A DNA stretch of 63,399 bases, counting the filler, from Craspedostauros australis (Eukaryota), in NCBI GenBank assembly GCA_030167865.1. It is 5 parts of 5 records of this genome, joined end to end, with 100 filler letters (N's around TTAATTAATTAA, not from the genome) between each part and the next. Parts side by side here need not be neighbours in the genome. Positions count along the whole stretch, not along the records: positions 1 to 22,924 come from JALAGF010002854.1; 4 more parts are not named here. One strand, 5' to 3'. Under the pieces are notes generated by a model. It did no database searches. It was not told the DNA's origin and saw nothing but the letters and a program-made list of their open reading frames with translations. Shown in pieces: positions 1-10,548 of the stretch; the stretch's first letter is position 1, and each line of letters starts with the position of its first letter. The translations under genes and the position numbers were made by a program.

Positions 1-1220
1 CATGCATCATTCACAGGATTGGCAGCCGAGGTGAAGACGATGTTGTGGTGATTGGCGAAGCACTGTCGTCTGCGTCGTACAGATTGCCAATGCGCTTCGT
101 TGTATTCCGAGACGATTGGATGTTGCTGGTTTCCATTGTGAGACTGGTCAACGTGGAGTGTTGTTGGCTGTCCTGGCCTGGCACATTCTGTTGTNNNNNN
201 NNNNNNNNNNNNNNNNNNNNNNNNNNNNNNNNNNNNNNNNNNNNNNNNNNNNNNNNNNNNNNNNNNNNNNNNNNNNNNNNNNNNNNNTCCCTGTGACGTA
301 GAAGACGGATCAGCGAGAGCAAACACACAATAGCTCTAAATATCCAATCGCCGTTTCTCCCAAAAGCAAGCAAACCAGTGACAACAAGGGGCCAAAACTC
401 CACAACTAGTGTTATCGTGAGTGCATCAACTGCGACCTGGAGGTAGTAACGCTGTACATAAAGTCGAATGTTTGTATAATACCATCCAATCACCGTACCC
501 CGCCTCCACGCTCTAAATACATAAACCCACCATGTTCACACCAATATCAATACACACATCGTCATACGTATGCGAGCTATCATTCCCATAATTACTCATG
601 ACTACAATAGCACAACGCCATAACTGCCTTCAGAAAGCAAACTCACACTCTCGCCGGATGGCGCTATCACTCCCAGCTCCCCTCATTGTGCTGCACATGT
701 GGTGGCGACCTGCGCCTCAGCAGTGTCGTACTACTGGTCGTTGCGAGATGACAATAGCACCACCTGTGCCGAACTTGTTGATGTCGTGAACCGGCGAACA
801 TCAACAAAAGACAAAATCGATGTTCGCTATGAAGGTTTCTAGTCTCGCTCAAAGTCTACGGCGACAACAAAGAACACATGATCCGACTCAGAAATCGTGA
901 ACGTGGGAGTTGGGGGAATTAGGATCACGGCAAATCGCCAACACGCACAACGACAAGAACACGAATTCGTCACATCCATCACATCACACGAGAGCGTCGT
1001 TGCCACTGGCATTGCCATTGTCATGGTGAGCGATCACAGTTGCACTCAGCCTACTATTCTATAATCCACAGCTTTCACACCAAACCCATTGGTAGAAAGG
1101 CCGTCCTCAGCGAAGTAGCAGGGATGCCACCCTTTGCAAACCAGCATTCTATTACAGCACAGCGCTCATCGTCCACGCGAAGCAGAACATAACGCATCGT
1201 TTCGCCGAATCAGTCCCAAG

Positions 1221-2060
1221 ATGCGACCCTCCAGGCAGACTCGCGTGAAGACCATGTCCTGGTTGGTTCTGTGGTGGTTATCGCAGTGGCTTCAGGTTTT
1301 GACCGACCGACAGATCATCCCAACAGCCATGGCGGCGACGGCCACGATGGCAGCAACGCCAACAGGAACGACGGAAACCTCTGATGAACAGGCCATGCCA
1401 CCAGACGCAACGCCGATGACCACCAACGCGGAACAAGATGACCGCACCTTGCTCGATGTCTTCGGCGAAGCCGCCAAGGAGTTCCTGACGCAGAAACTGA
1501 TCCCGCCGACCGACACGGACTGCCGATGGGATTGGCGGTTTGCACGGTGCGAGCCATTCTGCGCCTGCGCCTTCGCACCGCAACGCGGCGACTACCATCT
1601 GGGCCGATCGTGTCGCAGAAAGACGAAGGTTGCGTGCGACGAGCCGCAGGATCCCACCAAGGTGCAGGCGCTGATCCAGACGACGGTCGTGCGATCGCAG
1701 CGCGTGTTGCGATCCGTCTCCAACACGACGAGGAGCGGGTACAGGAAGGTTCAGGAATCGGTGTGTCGCGAATTGCCGCAGGTGGATTGCACGAAGGAGA
1801 CGTCGGTGCAAGTGGCGTGGCAGCAGCGGTTGCTGTGTTCCGAAAAGATTCCCAAGTGTCCCGAAGAATCAGCACCGGAAGGACCGATACCGCCATCGCC
1901 GCCGACAACGCCAATCACGACGATACTCATGCGATCCATGGATATGGGTGGTGACCACGGTAACGATGACGATGCTACTGCAAATGCCAATGCTAATGGT
2001 GATGATGGCGGCATTGCAGACAAGGTCGATACTGCATCCGCATCTGGAGAGAGGGAATGA
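1221..2060 (+). CDS. Hypothetical Cys-rich protein with hydrophobic N-terminus (likely secreted/membrane)
   Basis: ORF with an early hydrophobic stretch (SWLVLWWLSQWLQVL) and a Cys-rich core (CRWDWRFARCEPFCACAF...GDYHLGRSC). Start is ATG 1221 or 1254. Confidence 0.6.
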   Translation: MRPSRQTRVKTMSWLVLWWLSQWLQVLTDRQIIPTAMAATATMAATPTGTTETSDEQAMPPDATPMTTNAEQDDRTLLDVFGEAAKEFLTQKLIPPTDTDCRWDWRFARCEPFCACAFAPQRGDYHLGRSCRRKTKVACDEPQDPTKVQALIQTTVVRSQRVLRSVSNTTRSGYRKVQESVCRELPQVDCTKETSVQVAWQQRLLCSEKIPKCPEESAPEGPIPPSPPTTPITTILMRSMDMGGDHGNDDDATANANANGDDGGIADKVDTASASGERE

Positions 2061-2333
2061 GCTGTACCAACAACCGCCGATGGTTCAGCGCCATGAAGAA
2101 TCTTGGAATTGTATGGTCTGCTGACTGCTAGTACGCATATACTCTCTGTATACCGGAGTGTCGTCTACTCTCGATTAGTAGAATACTTGCATACATGTAA
2201 CAAAAGTGCCTAATATTTTAGAGTAAACACGAGTGACACCCGTTCTACATTCTGAATTGGTAGACGGACGACATGCGCCCATCTTATCGTCATCTCATCG
2301 TCATCACCATCCCATCGCCACGCGATAACCACC

Positions 2334-2969
2334 TCACAGGGACGCGAGACAGCCCCTTGGTTGCGCGATCTCCAACCGCTCCGCAATCTGACAATGCGCA
2401 CAAACGCACTTGGACGGCGCGAAGGACATGACGTGCGGATGGACACGAGCATTCATGGCGATACCCACTTCTCGGATGGGAAGCACGGTCTCCACGGATT
2501 GCAGGGCGCTGAACGTGCAATGCCGGTTCGACAGCTGCGGGATGCGCACGCTGAACACCTCCACGCCCGTCGCGTTGTTGTGCGGCGCGTGTTCTGCCTC
2601 CTGCTTGTCGGCTTCCTTGCTGTCATCATCTTCATCGACCGTTCGCAAACGATAAATCTCGATGCCTTTGTCGGACGCATCGCTGTGCGTGCGATCGTCG
2701 TTGAGATCCGACTTCTCCACGTGGTACACCTCGACGCCCTTGTCGTGGCAGCGGTTGTCCTGCTGCAGCGCAGGATGCGACATTGCCGAAGAGAAGTTGG
2801 CCGTCTTGGCCACCTGCATGGCTCCGAACGCCAACACGTCCTGGCTGGCCTGCAGCAGCGATCTCGTCAGCATCTGTGCTGGGTTCTCCCCAAAGTCCGT
2901 CTCCGCTTGAGGTCCTGCAGATCTCCGCGGTGCGGAAGAGGATGGTGATGATGGTGGTAGCTTGGTCAT
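2334..2969 (-). CDS. Hypothetical protein
   Basis: 211-aa ATG ORF with three internal GVEV/GIEI-like repeats; no family recognised. Confidence 0.4.
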   Translation of the reverse strand: MTKLPPSSPSSSAPRRSAGPQAETDFGENPAQMLTRSLLQASQDVLAFGAMQVAKTANFSSAMSHPALQQDNRCHDKGVEVYHVEKSDLNDDRTHSDASDKGIEIYRLRTVDEDDDSKEADKQEAEHAPHNNATGVEVFSVRIPQLSNRHCTFSALQSVETVLPIREVGIAMNARVHPHVMSFAPSKCVCAHCQIAERLEIAQPRGCLASL

Positions 2970-3604
2970 CGTTGCGGTTTGTTCCGAATGAGGCAGTTGC
3001 TCCGTTCGTCGATAATTTTGTGGTTGCGATCGTGGCCCTCGCTGTCACGTGCTATCACCGTTGTTGTTGGCGAACATCCGTGTCTCTTGCCTCCAACATC
3101 ACCATTGCACTTTGTTTCCCGCGGTCATCGCCACCAACACGAACATGACCACCGACCACATGCCATCGTGTCTTGCAGCGACCATGACAGCGTCTTTTCG
3201 GAACTCGGTCTCTGACCGAAAGTGGCGCCAATTCCGAGCGGAATGGTGTCAAGAGAAACAGGTGTGTCACATGCTGTCCATAAGTAAATATCGGGAGTCT
3301 TAACATCCTTAACCGCCGTAACCGCCTTATCTGCCAACCGTTATCCGGACGCAACGACTCTTGTTCGGTGGCCACATTTTGGGAGAACAAAACAAACAAA
3401 ACAAACGAACAAACACAAAGTTGTTGACGACGAAACCTGGACGAATGGTGAACACACGATCTCTTCTTCCTTGTGGAGTCTGTGTTGCGGACATGTCCGC
3501 GGGAACTTCCGTGAAGGATTGTTGTCGATCGGTGCGAGTGCATGGTCGCTGTAATAGTAGCGCTAATGTTGTTGCTGCTGGTGTTGAAACCAATGGAGAT
3601 GGCA

Positions 3605-3606
<2 letters not shown>

Positions 3607-3636
<30 letters not shown>
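3607..3636. repeat. (GAC)10 microsatellite
   Basis: Direct reading. Confidence 0.95.
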
Positions 3637-3901
3637 AATGATGCCACGATCGCAAGTTCAACAAATTGGCTTGCACTGAGATAGAATCGTGATGGTTGGC
3701 AGAACAATCCTTTCGAATGCATGCTTTGCGGGAGTCGGAGGGTAAAACATCGCACAACAAAGTAATATAGTACACATTTACACTCGCACCCACAACGACG
3801 GACACGGCGACAGGGCAGTACCATACACATCTCATACTAACAGTATTTGTCAAAAGGAGAAACAAGAAGCCGTGTGCCAATGACGAAGTAGGGATTGATG
3901 A

Positions 3902-6900
3902 ATGGAATGGAGCGATCGGCGTACAATCGCATTCATTCCAGAACCAACCGCAGTGGCGTTTTCATCAACCAGCACCATCGATGTAGCGGGAATGCGCAAT
4001 CAACAGCAGGCGCCGGCCCAGCTACGACATCGGCAGCAGCAGCTGCTGTTGTTGTTGCTGCAACGAAGATGGCTCGTCGTGTGGATGTCCATCGTCTGCG
4101 CTCCTCTGTTGTATCTGTCGTTGAGCTATGCGCGAACCACCACTCGCCCTCAAGATGGAACATGGACGTCCGCGTCCATCGGCAGCATCGAATCCACCAA
4201 CGGCACGTACTTTTCTGAACAAAGACTCGCCGGAAGACATGCCAGTCATCGAGTCGACAACGCTCGCGCGGCTACTGCTGAAACGAGGCCCATCGTGATG
4301 TGTCAAATTATCCAGGAAAGTACGTGGCATCCAACGACCCTCGGTGGACAATGGGGCGACTCGAGGCCCATGTGCGCCCCTATCATCGATGGCGTGATCT
4401 CCGATCAGCTCTATCGCATCGAGCTTCCTGACCACCTTTGGAACGAGCAAAGTGGGCGATTCACTGCTGTCGTTGTTGGCGGTGTCATTCAAGATGATTC
4501 CATCATCATTTCACATGGCGGCTCCATCCACAAAGCTGCTGCTTCAGCTGGCACCCTCGGCCGCCCCAGCGGCAACAGCCCAAACAAGGAACCGATCAAG
4601 CATCATGATTCCGATTGGAAATCCAGAGTGGGAACGCGCAGTGTCCTCGTCCTGCGCGTGTCCGTCTCGGATTCGGAGCCGTCGTTACAAACCGATGAAA
4701 TGCGGAACGCCATTTTTGGGTTTGGGGACATGATCACGACGCAATCGCAATACCATGCATGCTCAAGCGGAAAGCTGAATCTCACAGCGGCCCGTTACGG
4801 TGACGGCGGGATCTTGGATGTCGTTGTGAATGGATCGATCGACGCCTTCGTTTCCAATTCGGACTTGTCCAATCGAGCACAGCGCGAGGCTGTCACCATG
4901 CTCGGTCTATCAACTTCGCAGCACATATCATCATTGGTGGACCATGTCATGGTGTGCCTTCCGCCTGGAACAGGCACGTGGATTGCGTCTGCAGCATTCG
5001 ATCATTGGAGATCGCTGTACAACGACGAATATTGCGGTGTCATCAGGTGAGAAAGATTGAGGGAGGGAGTATCGTATCCGCATCCGTGAAGGTACGGCAG
5101 AGGCAGTGCTGTCATGGCAGCTACTCTGCGCACAATACACTGCGCTGCACTGCATTGCATTGCACTGCGATGGCCATTCGCACGATCGCGGCACCAATTC
5201 TCACATTTTCCAATTGCCCTCAAGCCCACTTGGGTCTTTCACACACCTACCTCTATGCACTGTAGCACGACGATGCATGAGATTGGACACAACCTTGGCC
5301 TGCTGCATGCCAACGAGAAAGGGAAGTACAGGGACTTCACGGGATACATGGGCGCCGGATACAACCACGTCGGTTATCCAAGAAAGTGCTTCAATGCTCA
5401 GAATCATTGGATGTTGGGTTGGTACGACGATCGGCTCGTGACGGTCCAAGATCGTTCGTATCCCATCGCAATCCGCCTTTATTCATTTGTTGATTACAAC
5501 AAGCTCGATGCCGATGACGACAAAGGTACCGTTTTGGTATCAATCAACGATCGGTACTTCCTCCAGTATAACAGAGCCGCTGACTTCAACATCGAAACTG
5601 GCGAGAAGTGGGACCAGGTTGCCATCGTTGAACATGACAACACCGGGACGGAAATGTTGGTTGGACTTGACGAGGAATCGAAGGAATATGCTCTCCAACT
5701 GAAGTCTGATGATGGCGCGGCACCGAAACGCATGAACATCGTCGTGTGTCGCAAGGAGACGATGGATCAATATGATGGAGCGTGGAGCGTGATCTTGAGT
5801 ATTTCTGACAGGGAGGATGGATGCAATTTGGAAGTCGAGGCTGTCGACAAGCCGGAAACTCTGCCTCCGACCAGAATCATACCATTTCCATCAAATGCGC
5901 CCTCGAGTGCGCCTTCCGAGACCTCATCGGCGCAGCCAAGTACACGTATGCCTTCGAACATTCCGACTCAGGCGCACTCGCACGATCCTTCAGAGTGGCC
6001 CACATACCAGCCATCATATCGCCCATCTCCCAATCCATCCTACCGTCCATCCGAAAGCCCATCGACATCACCAAGTGTACAACCATCGTTGGATCCTACG
6101 GCGACACCATCGGTGCACGCATCCGCGACGCCTTCATCTCCACCAACTATCATACCGACAAGTGCGTCTACAGCCGAGCCGACACCATCGGTCTCGCACT
6201 CGCCCTCAACAGTACCAACGATTGATACCAAAATGCCGTCGCAAAGCCCCACTTCCGTTCCATCCAACGTAGTTTCATCATACCCTTCACATAATCCCTC
6301 TCATGGCCCCTCGCACAATCCGACACACTCTCCAACAGCCGAACGGAGTTCAAGAATGCCATCAAGGAAGACATCAGCATCTCCATCCATGTATCCGTCC
6401 ATGCAGCCAACAATCATGAAATCTCATGAACCCTCATTCGAACCGTCATCTACACCATCTTTTGTGCCTTCATTCAGACCATCATCGAAACCATCCGTTG
6501 GTCTATCTCAGATCCCTAGTCGTACCACTCTCTCTCCGACAGGTGAACCTACCAGCCTATCTTCAGAAGATCCAACCTCTACCCCATCAGCGATACCAAC
6601 GGAGAGCATGTCGGGACAGCCATCGAATCATCCTACGCGTTCACCCTCCAATCCACCGTCCCGTTCACCAACCAATCGACCATCACTGTCCCCAACTCCA
6701 ACTCCAACCGCACAAACAGAGTCTCCGTCGCTTGATCCCACAGCTGCACAAAGCGGACGGCCAGCATCACCATTTCCGACCGTAATACCCTCCCCGGTTC
6801 CATCAGAACTGCCAACACCACTCCCATCAACAGCACCCTCGCTCGTGATATCAACGGGACCGACTATAGCACCGACTGATGTGCCTACGCTTGACCCTGA

Positions 6901-7867
6901 AATCAATCCAAGTTCAAAACCCACGGTCGCTCCTTCTACAAGGCCTTCAGGAAATCCAACAAGAGCAGTAACGGCAGGATCAACGGTAGAGCCGACTCCA
7001 CTACCCAGTGAAAAACCGTCTGAGCCGCAGAGCGAGCTGCCGAGCATACATCCGACTCTGATAATGTCTGAAGCACCCTCATCTACTCCGACGCAATCAC
7101 AGTCCCAGCATCGCACGGACAAACCATCACAGGATCCAAGCATGCGACTATCGGACGCTCCAACCACGTCGCCATCCACTCGCCCGACACCCGCACCCGC
7201 TGCTGATCCCACACAAAACCCAACAGTGAAACTTTCGTTGGCCCCAACACAACTAAAGAGTGCGGAGCCATCAGCGCCTCCAACAGCAAAACCAAGTGAG
7301 GCCACATCATCCCCTCCATCGACACCGCCAACTGTTCCACCATCCCATTCGCCTTCAATGCAGCCTTCGGCGATGCCGACATCCGGACCAACAGCAGGAC
7401 CAACAGCTGAACCGACACCAATACTGAAGCAACCGCCAAAGACATCCGAACCAACCCAAGGTCCGACAGTATATCGTGATGTGGGCACCATCCAAGGCCC
7501 ATTGAAGCGACCCAACGAAGTTACATCCACTTCCTCTGGCGAGGAAGACTATGTTCCAATGAATGGAAGGCCTTCGCGTCGGCATCCAAACACATTCCCG
7601 GAAACTGATATAACTACGCGAGCTACTGGTACCACCACGACAACAGCAACAACAACGACGACGACGGCCACAACGACAAGCACATCGCAAAGTACCGCAG
7701 CAACGCAACAGGTTCTATGGAATCGAGGGAAAAGTTTGGTCTTCAATCAGAAAGAAGACGGCAATCGCGACGATGCATCATCATCAGCATCATCCGAAGA
7801 GGAGCCACGACAAGATCCGCCAACCTTCATCAAGCGAGGGTATTCGCACACCGTCTTTGGATCTTGA
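3902..7867 (+). CDS. Metzincin metalloprotease, peptidase M11/gametolysin-like, with long P-S/T-repeat stalk; exons 3902-5046 and 5266-7867
   Basis: HEIGHNLGLLH zinc motif and Met-turn GYMG, preceded by CSSGKL and DHVMVCLPPGT motifs. A phase-compatible GT-AG intron at 5047-5265 joins the two ORFs. N-terminal TM segment; start codon uncertain. Confidence 0.8.
5890..7440 (+). repeat. Coding low-complexity P-S/T-x-x tetrapeptide repeats
   Basis: Translation shows about 500 aa of PSxx/PTxx repeats. Confidence 0.85.
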
Positions 7868-8087
7868 TGATCAACGCGATGGATTGGAAGAAAATAATAG
7901 AAACCAAATATAGTATTATATAATAGACAAGACCGTACATACGATTGCTCATTGCGCGGATGATGGATGGAATGTACTCTGGAGAGATCTGAATGCACGG
8001 TGGACACCAGACACGTCATGATTCTCTATTCTACAGCTCTTCTCTCTATTGTAAATGCTGCGATCCTACAGCGAATGTGTGCGGACC

Positions 8088-9629
8088 TCACTCGTTCGGC
8101 TTCCAAACGGAGTTCCTGGTACTTTGCGGTCTCCACGATCGTTCTCTGGGCGTCAAGAGGTTCATTGGATTGGGATTCTCGGTCTTGCGGCCCGGCGTGG
8201 AGCCATGAAAGTCGATGAAGTTCGGCAAGGTCCGCGAATAGCTGTGCTGCTGCTGGGATCGATGCGTCGTATCGCTGTGCTGCGTTGTCGTGATGGACGA
8301 CGGTTGTGGCACGGTCTCTGACATGTCATCCGACGATGATCTGGACTTGCGACTGTAAATGATGTTGGCACCATCGATTTCAACGTCGGCATCCACATCG
8401 CCATCAAACTCGTGATCGCTGGTACTACTGGCAAGTGAGCGCGCGCGGCGTGGCGCATGGGACTTTGATCTCTTGGCGGATGCATTGGCATCCCGCTTGC
8501 GAATGTCAAAGTCCGGCTCCACCTCTCTGCTGGACCAGATCGCGGCGATGCAGAACACGAGAGAGGCGGTGCCCAGGACGATGCCCAGAATGAGGCCTCT
8601 GGACATGTTGTGGTTGCGACTGCTGTCGGTTATCGCCCGAGTCTTGGAAGGCGAGTTGTGGTCATCTGTGAGGTTGGTGTTGACTGTGGACGAATGAGAT
8701 GGCTCAAAAGTGGGTTCGGCGGTCGGGCGTATCCTGGCTGCTGTCGGTGCTTGCGACGGTGTAACTGTTGCATCTGTTATCGTCGCAGTTTCTGTTGCCG
8801 ACTCTGCTGCCGACGGCGATGCCGATGGTTCAATCGTCGGTTCCATCGTGATGGGGGAAGCCGTGGGTTCTGCAGTTTCGCTGGGCGTTTGCGGCAATGT
8901 CGCCGTCTCATTTTGCGTGGTGGTCGGCGTTGATGTCGGTGAAGGCGTCGGGATAAGAGTCGGACTCTCCGTCTGCGGTCCTTTCGTCGGTGCGAACGAA
9001 GGACGTTGCGTTGGAACCGCGGTGACCTGGCGGATCGTGCCAACCCCTTCGCTCACAAGCACCCCAAATGCATTCGTGCACAACGCTTCCACTCTATCAT
9101 CCAGCTGCATGAGATTGTCCGGATCTGCCGCAATGCCAAAGCTATCCTCGTCCAACGACTTGGACTGGGAAAGGCACAGACTCGTGGTCGGCGTGCCGAT
9201 GGGACATGCAGTTTGAATGAAGAGCGATCTCAAGCCTGCGGACAGATCCCCAAATGATGCCTCGTACTGCTCTGATGACGATAATGAGGAAGACAGCTTG
9301 CAGAGATTGTTCGCCTGCGAATCTTGCGTGCAGTACTTGACGAGAAACGATACGTATTCCTTCTTGGAGATGACCTGATCTTGAGTTGTTGACTTCAGCA
9401 GCAGCTGATCCACGCAGTCCGACGTGAATGCCTCCGATGAATCTTCCAGCATGCGCTGATCCCCTTGGCCGCGTCGTCTCATCGTTGTTGCTGTTGATTC
9501 ACCTGCAGTCGATGCGATTGTCGCAGAGACAAGGAAGAGCAACAGCATGGATGGCAGCATCCGCACCATCGCATGGCGGTGCAACTGCCATGCTATCCTT
9601 GTCAACGACTCCATCCGCAGATTCGTCAT
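8088..9629 (-). CDS. Type I membrane protein with Cys-containing ectodomain and P-T repeat stalk
   Basis: Signal-like MLLLFLVSATIAS, Cys-containing domain, PT repeats and TM segment LILGIVLGTASLVFCIAAIW. Confidence 0.7.
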   Translation of the reverse strand: MTNLRMESLTRIAWQLHRHAMVRMLPSMLLLFLVSATIASTAGESTATTMRRRGQGDQRMLEDSSEAFTSDCVDQLLLKSTTQDQVISKKEYVSFLVKYCTQDSQANNLCKLSSSLSSSEQYEASFGDLSAGLRSLFIQTACPIGTPTTSLCLSQSKSLDEDSFGIAADPDNLMQLDDRVEALCTNAFGVLVSEGVGTIRQVTAVPTQRPSFAPTKGPQTESPTLIPTPSPTSTPTTTQNETATLPQTPSETAEPTASPITMEPTIEPSASPSAAESATETATITDATVTPSQAPTAARIRPTAEPTFEPSHSSTVNTNLTDDHNSPSKTRAITDSSRNHNMSRGLILGIVLGTASLVFCIAAIWSSREVEPDFDIRKRDANASAKRSKSHAPRRARSLASSTSDHEFDGDVDADVEIDGANIIYSRKSRSSSDDMSETVPQPSSITTTQHSDTTHRSQQQHSYSRTLPNFIDFHGSTPGRKTENPNPMNLLTPRERSWRPQSTRNSVWKPNE

Positions 9630-10548
9630 GCTCCGACCCTTCGTCCTCTGTTTTTTTGCCTCTGCGTTGAGTCAGAAATCGATGCTATATCTGCTGCGTT
9701 TCCACAACCCGGTGCTGCTTGGGTTGCATGCCTGATTGGTTGATCGATTGGTTGATCGGTTGGTTGATCGGTTGGTTGATCTGTGCTGCTGTTCCTCTCT
9801 CTCTGTTGGTGGTGATAGTGATGCTGTTGTGCGCGTTAACGTTGATCGTCGCAACAACATGAATAGCATGGACACACGACGTGATGATTGCGGATGAAGT
9901 GAAGGGAAGTGAAGTAACATGACCACAGAGATGATTGTTGGGCGCCTTTTGGTGCCCCTTTTGTGCTTGTATTGCCCGTTGCATTCAGAAGCGAATCCTC
10001 TCTCTGATACTTCCAGAAACATCACACATGCCAAACCACATCATTGCGTTTCTCACTTCCTGCCGTCTGCGACAAAGGCAGAAAAAGCGAAAATGAGAGA
10101 CGGAAGAAACCAACGCGCACAACAAATGGTGTTGGCGATAACAAAGAGGAGATTAACTTCGTGCCAAATTTCTCCGTCCACGATTGTGCTGGCGAACATC
10201 TCCACACTTTAACGGTTGGGGAAACGGGCGGATGTTCTTGCGAAAACGTTTTTCAGTCCTTGAATCGCATGCTTCTTTCTAGTCCCAGTCGTTAGCCTGA
10301 CCGCCATATGTTCTGTCCAATCTCATCACATGATCATTCATCAGCGACGCTTTTCCACATTGGTTTTGCGTGACGTATTGTATACTATTGTATTATACTA
10401 CTATTATTGTATTCTATAATAACATAATAGAATATGATGGTAGACAAGTTCAATCTGTATGTTCGACCCCAGCCAGCGTATGCAAGTAGCACAGTACACA
10501 ACTCCCAGCTCAAAGTCTGCACTGTACCTACGGGTACCTTGCCACACC

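Noticed and set aside
9731..9780. TTGATCGG/TTGG short repeats, and the (GA)n, (TC)n and (AGC)n tracts elsewhere
   Set aside because: Ordinary simple repeats in UTR or intergenic DNA; not telomeric arrays.
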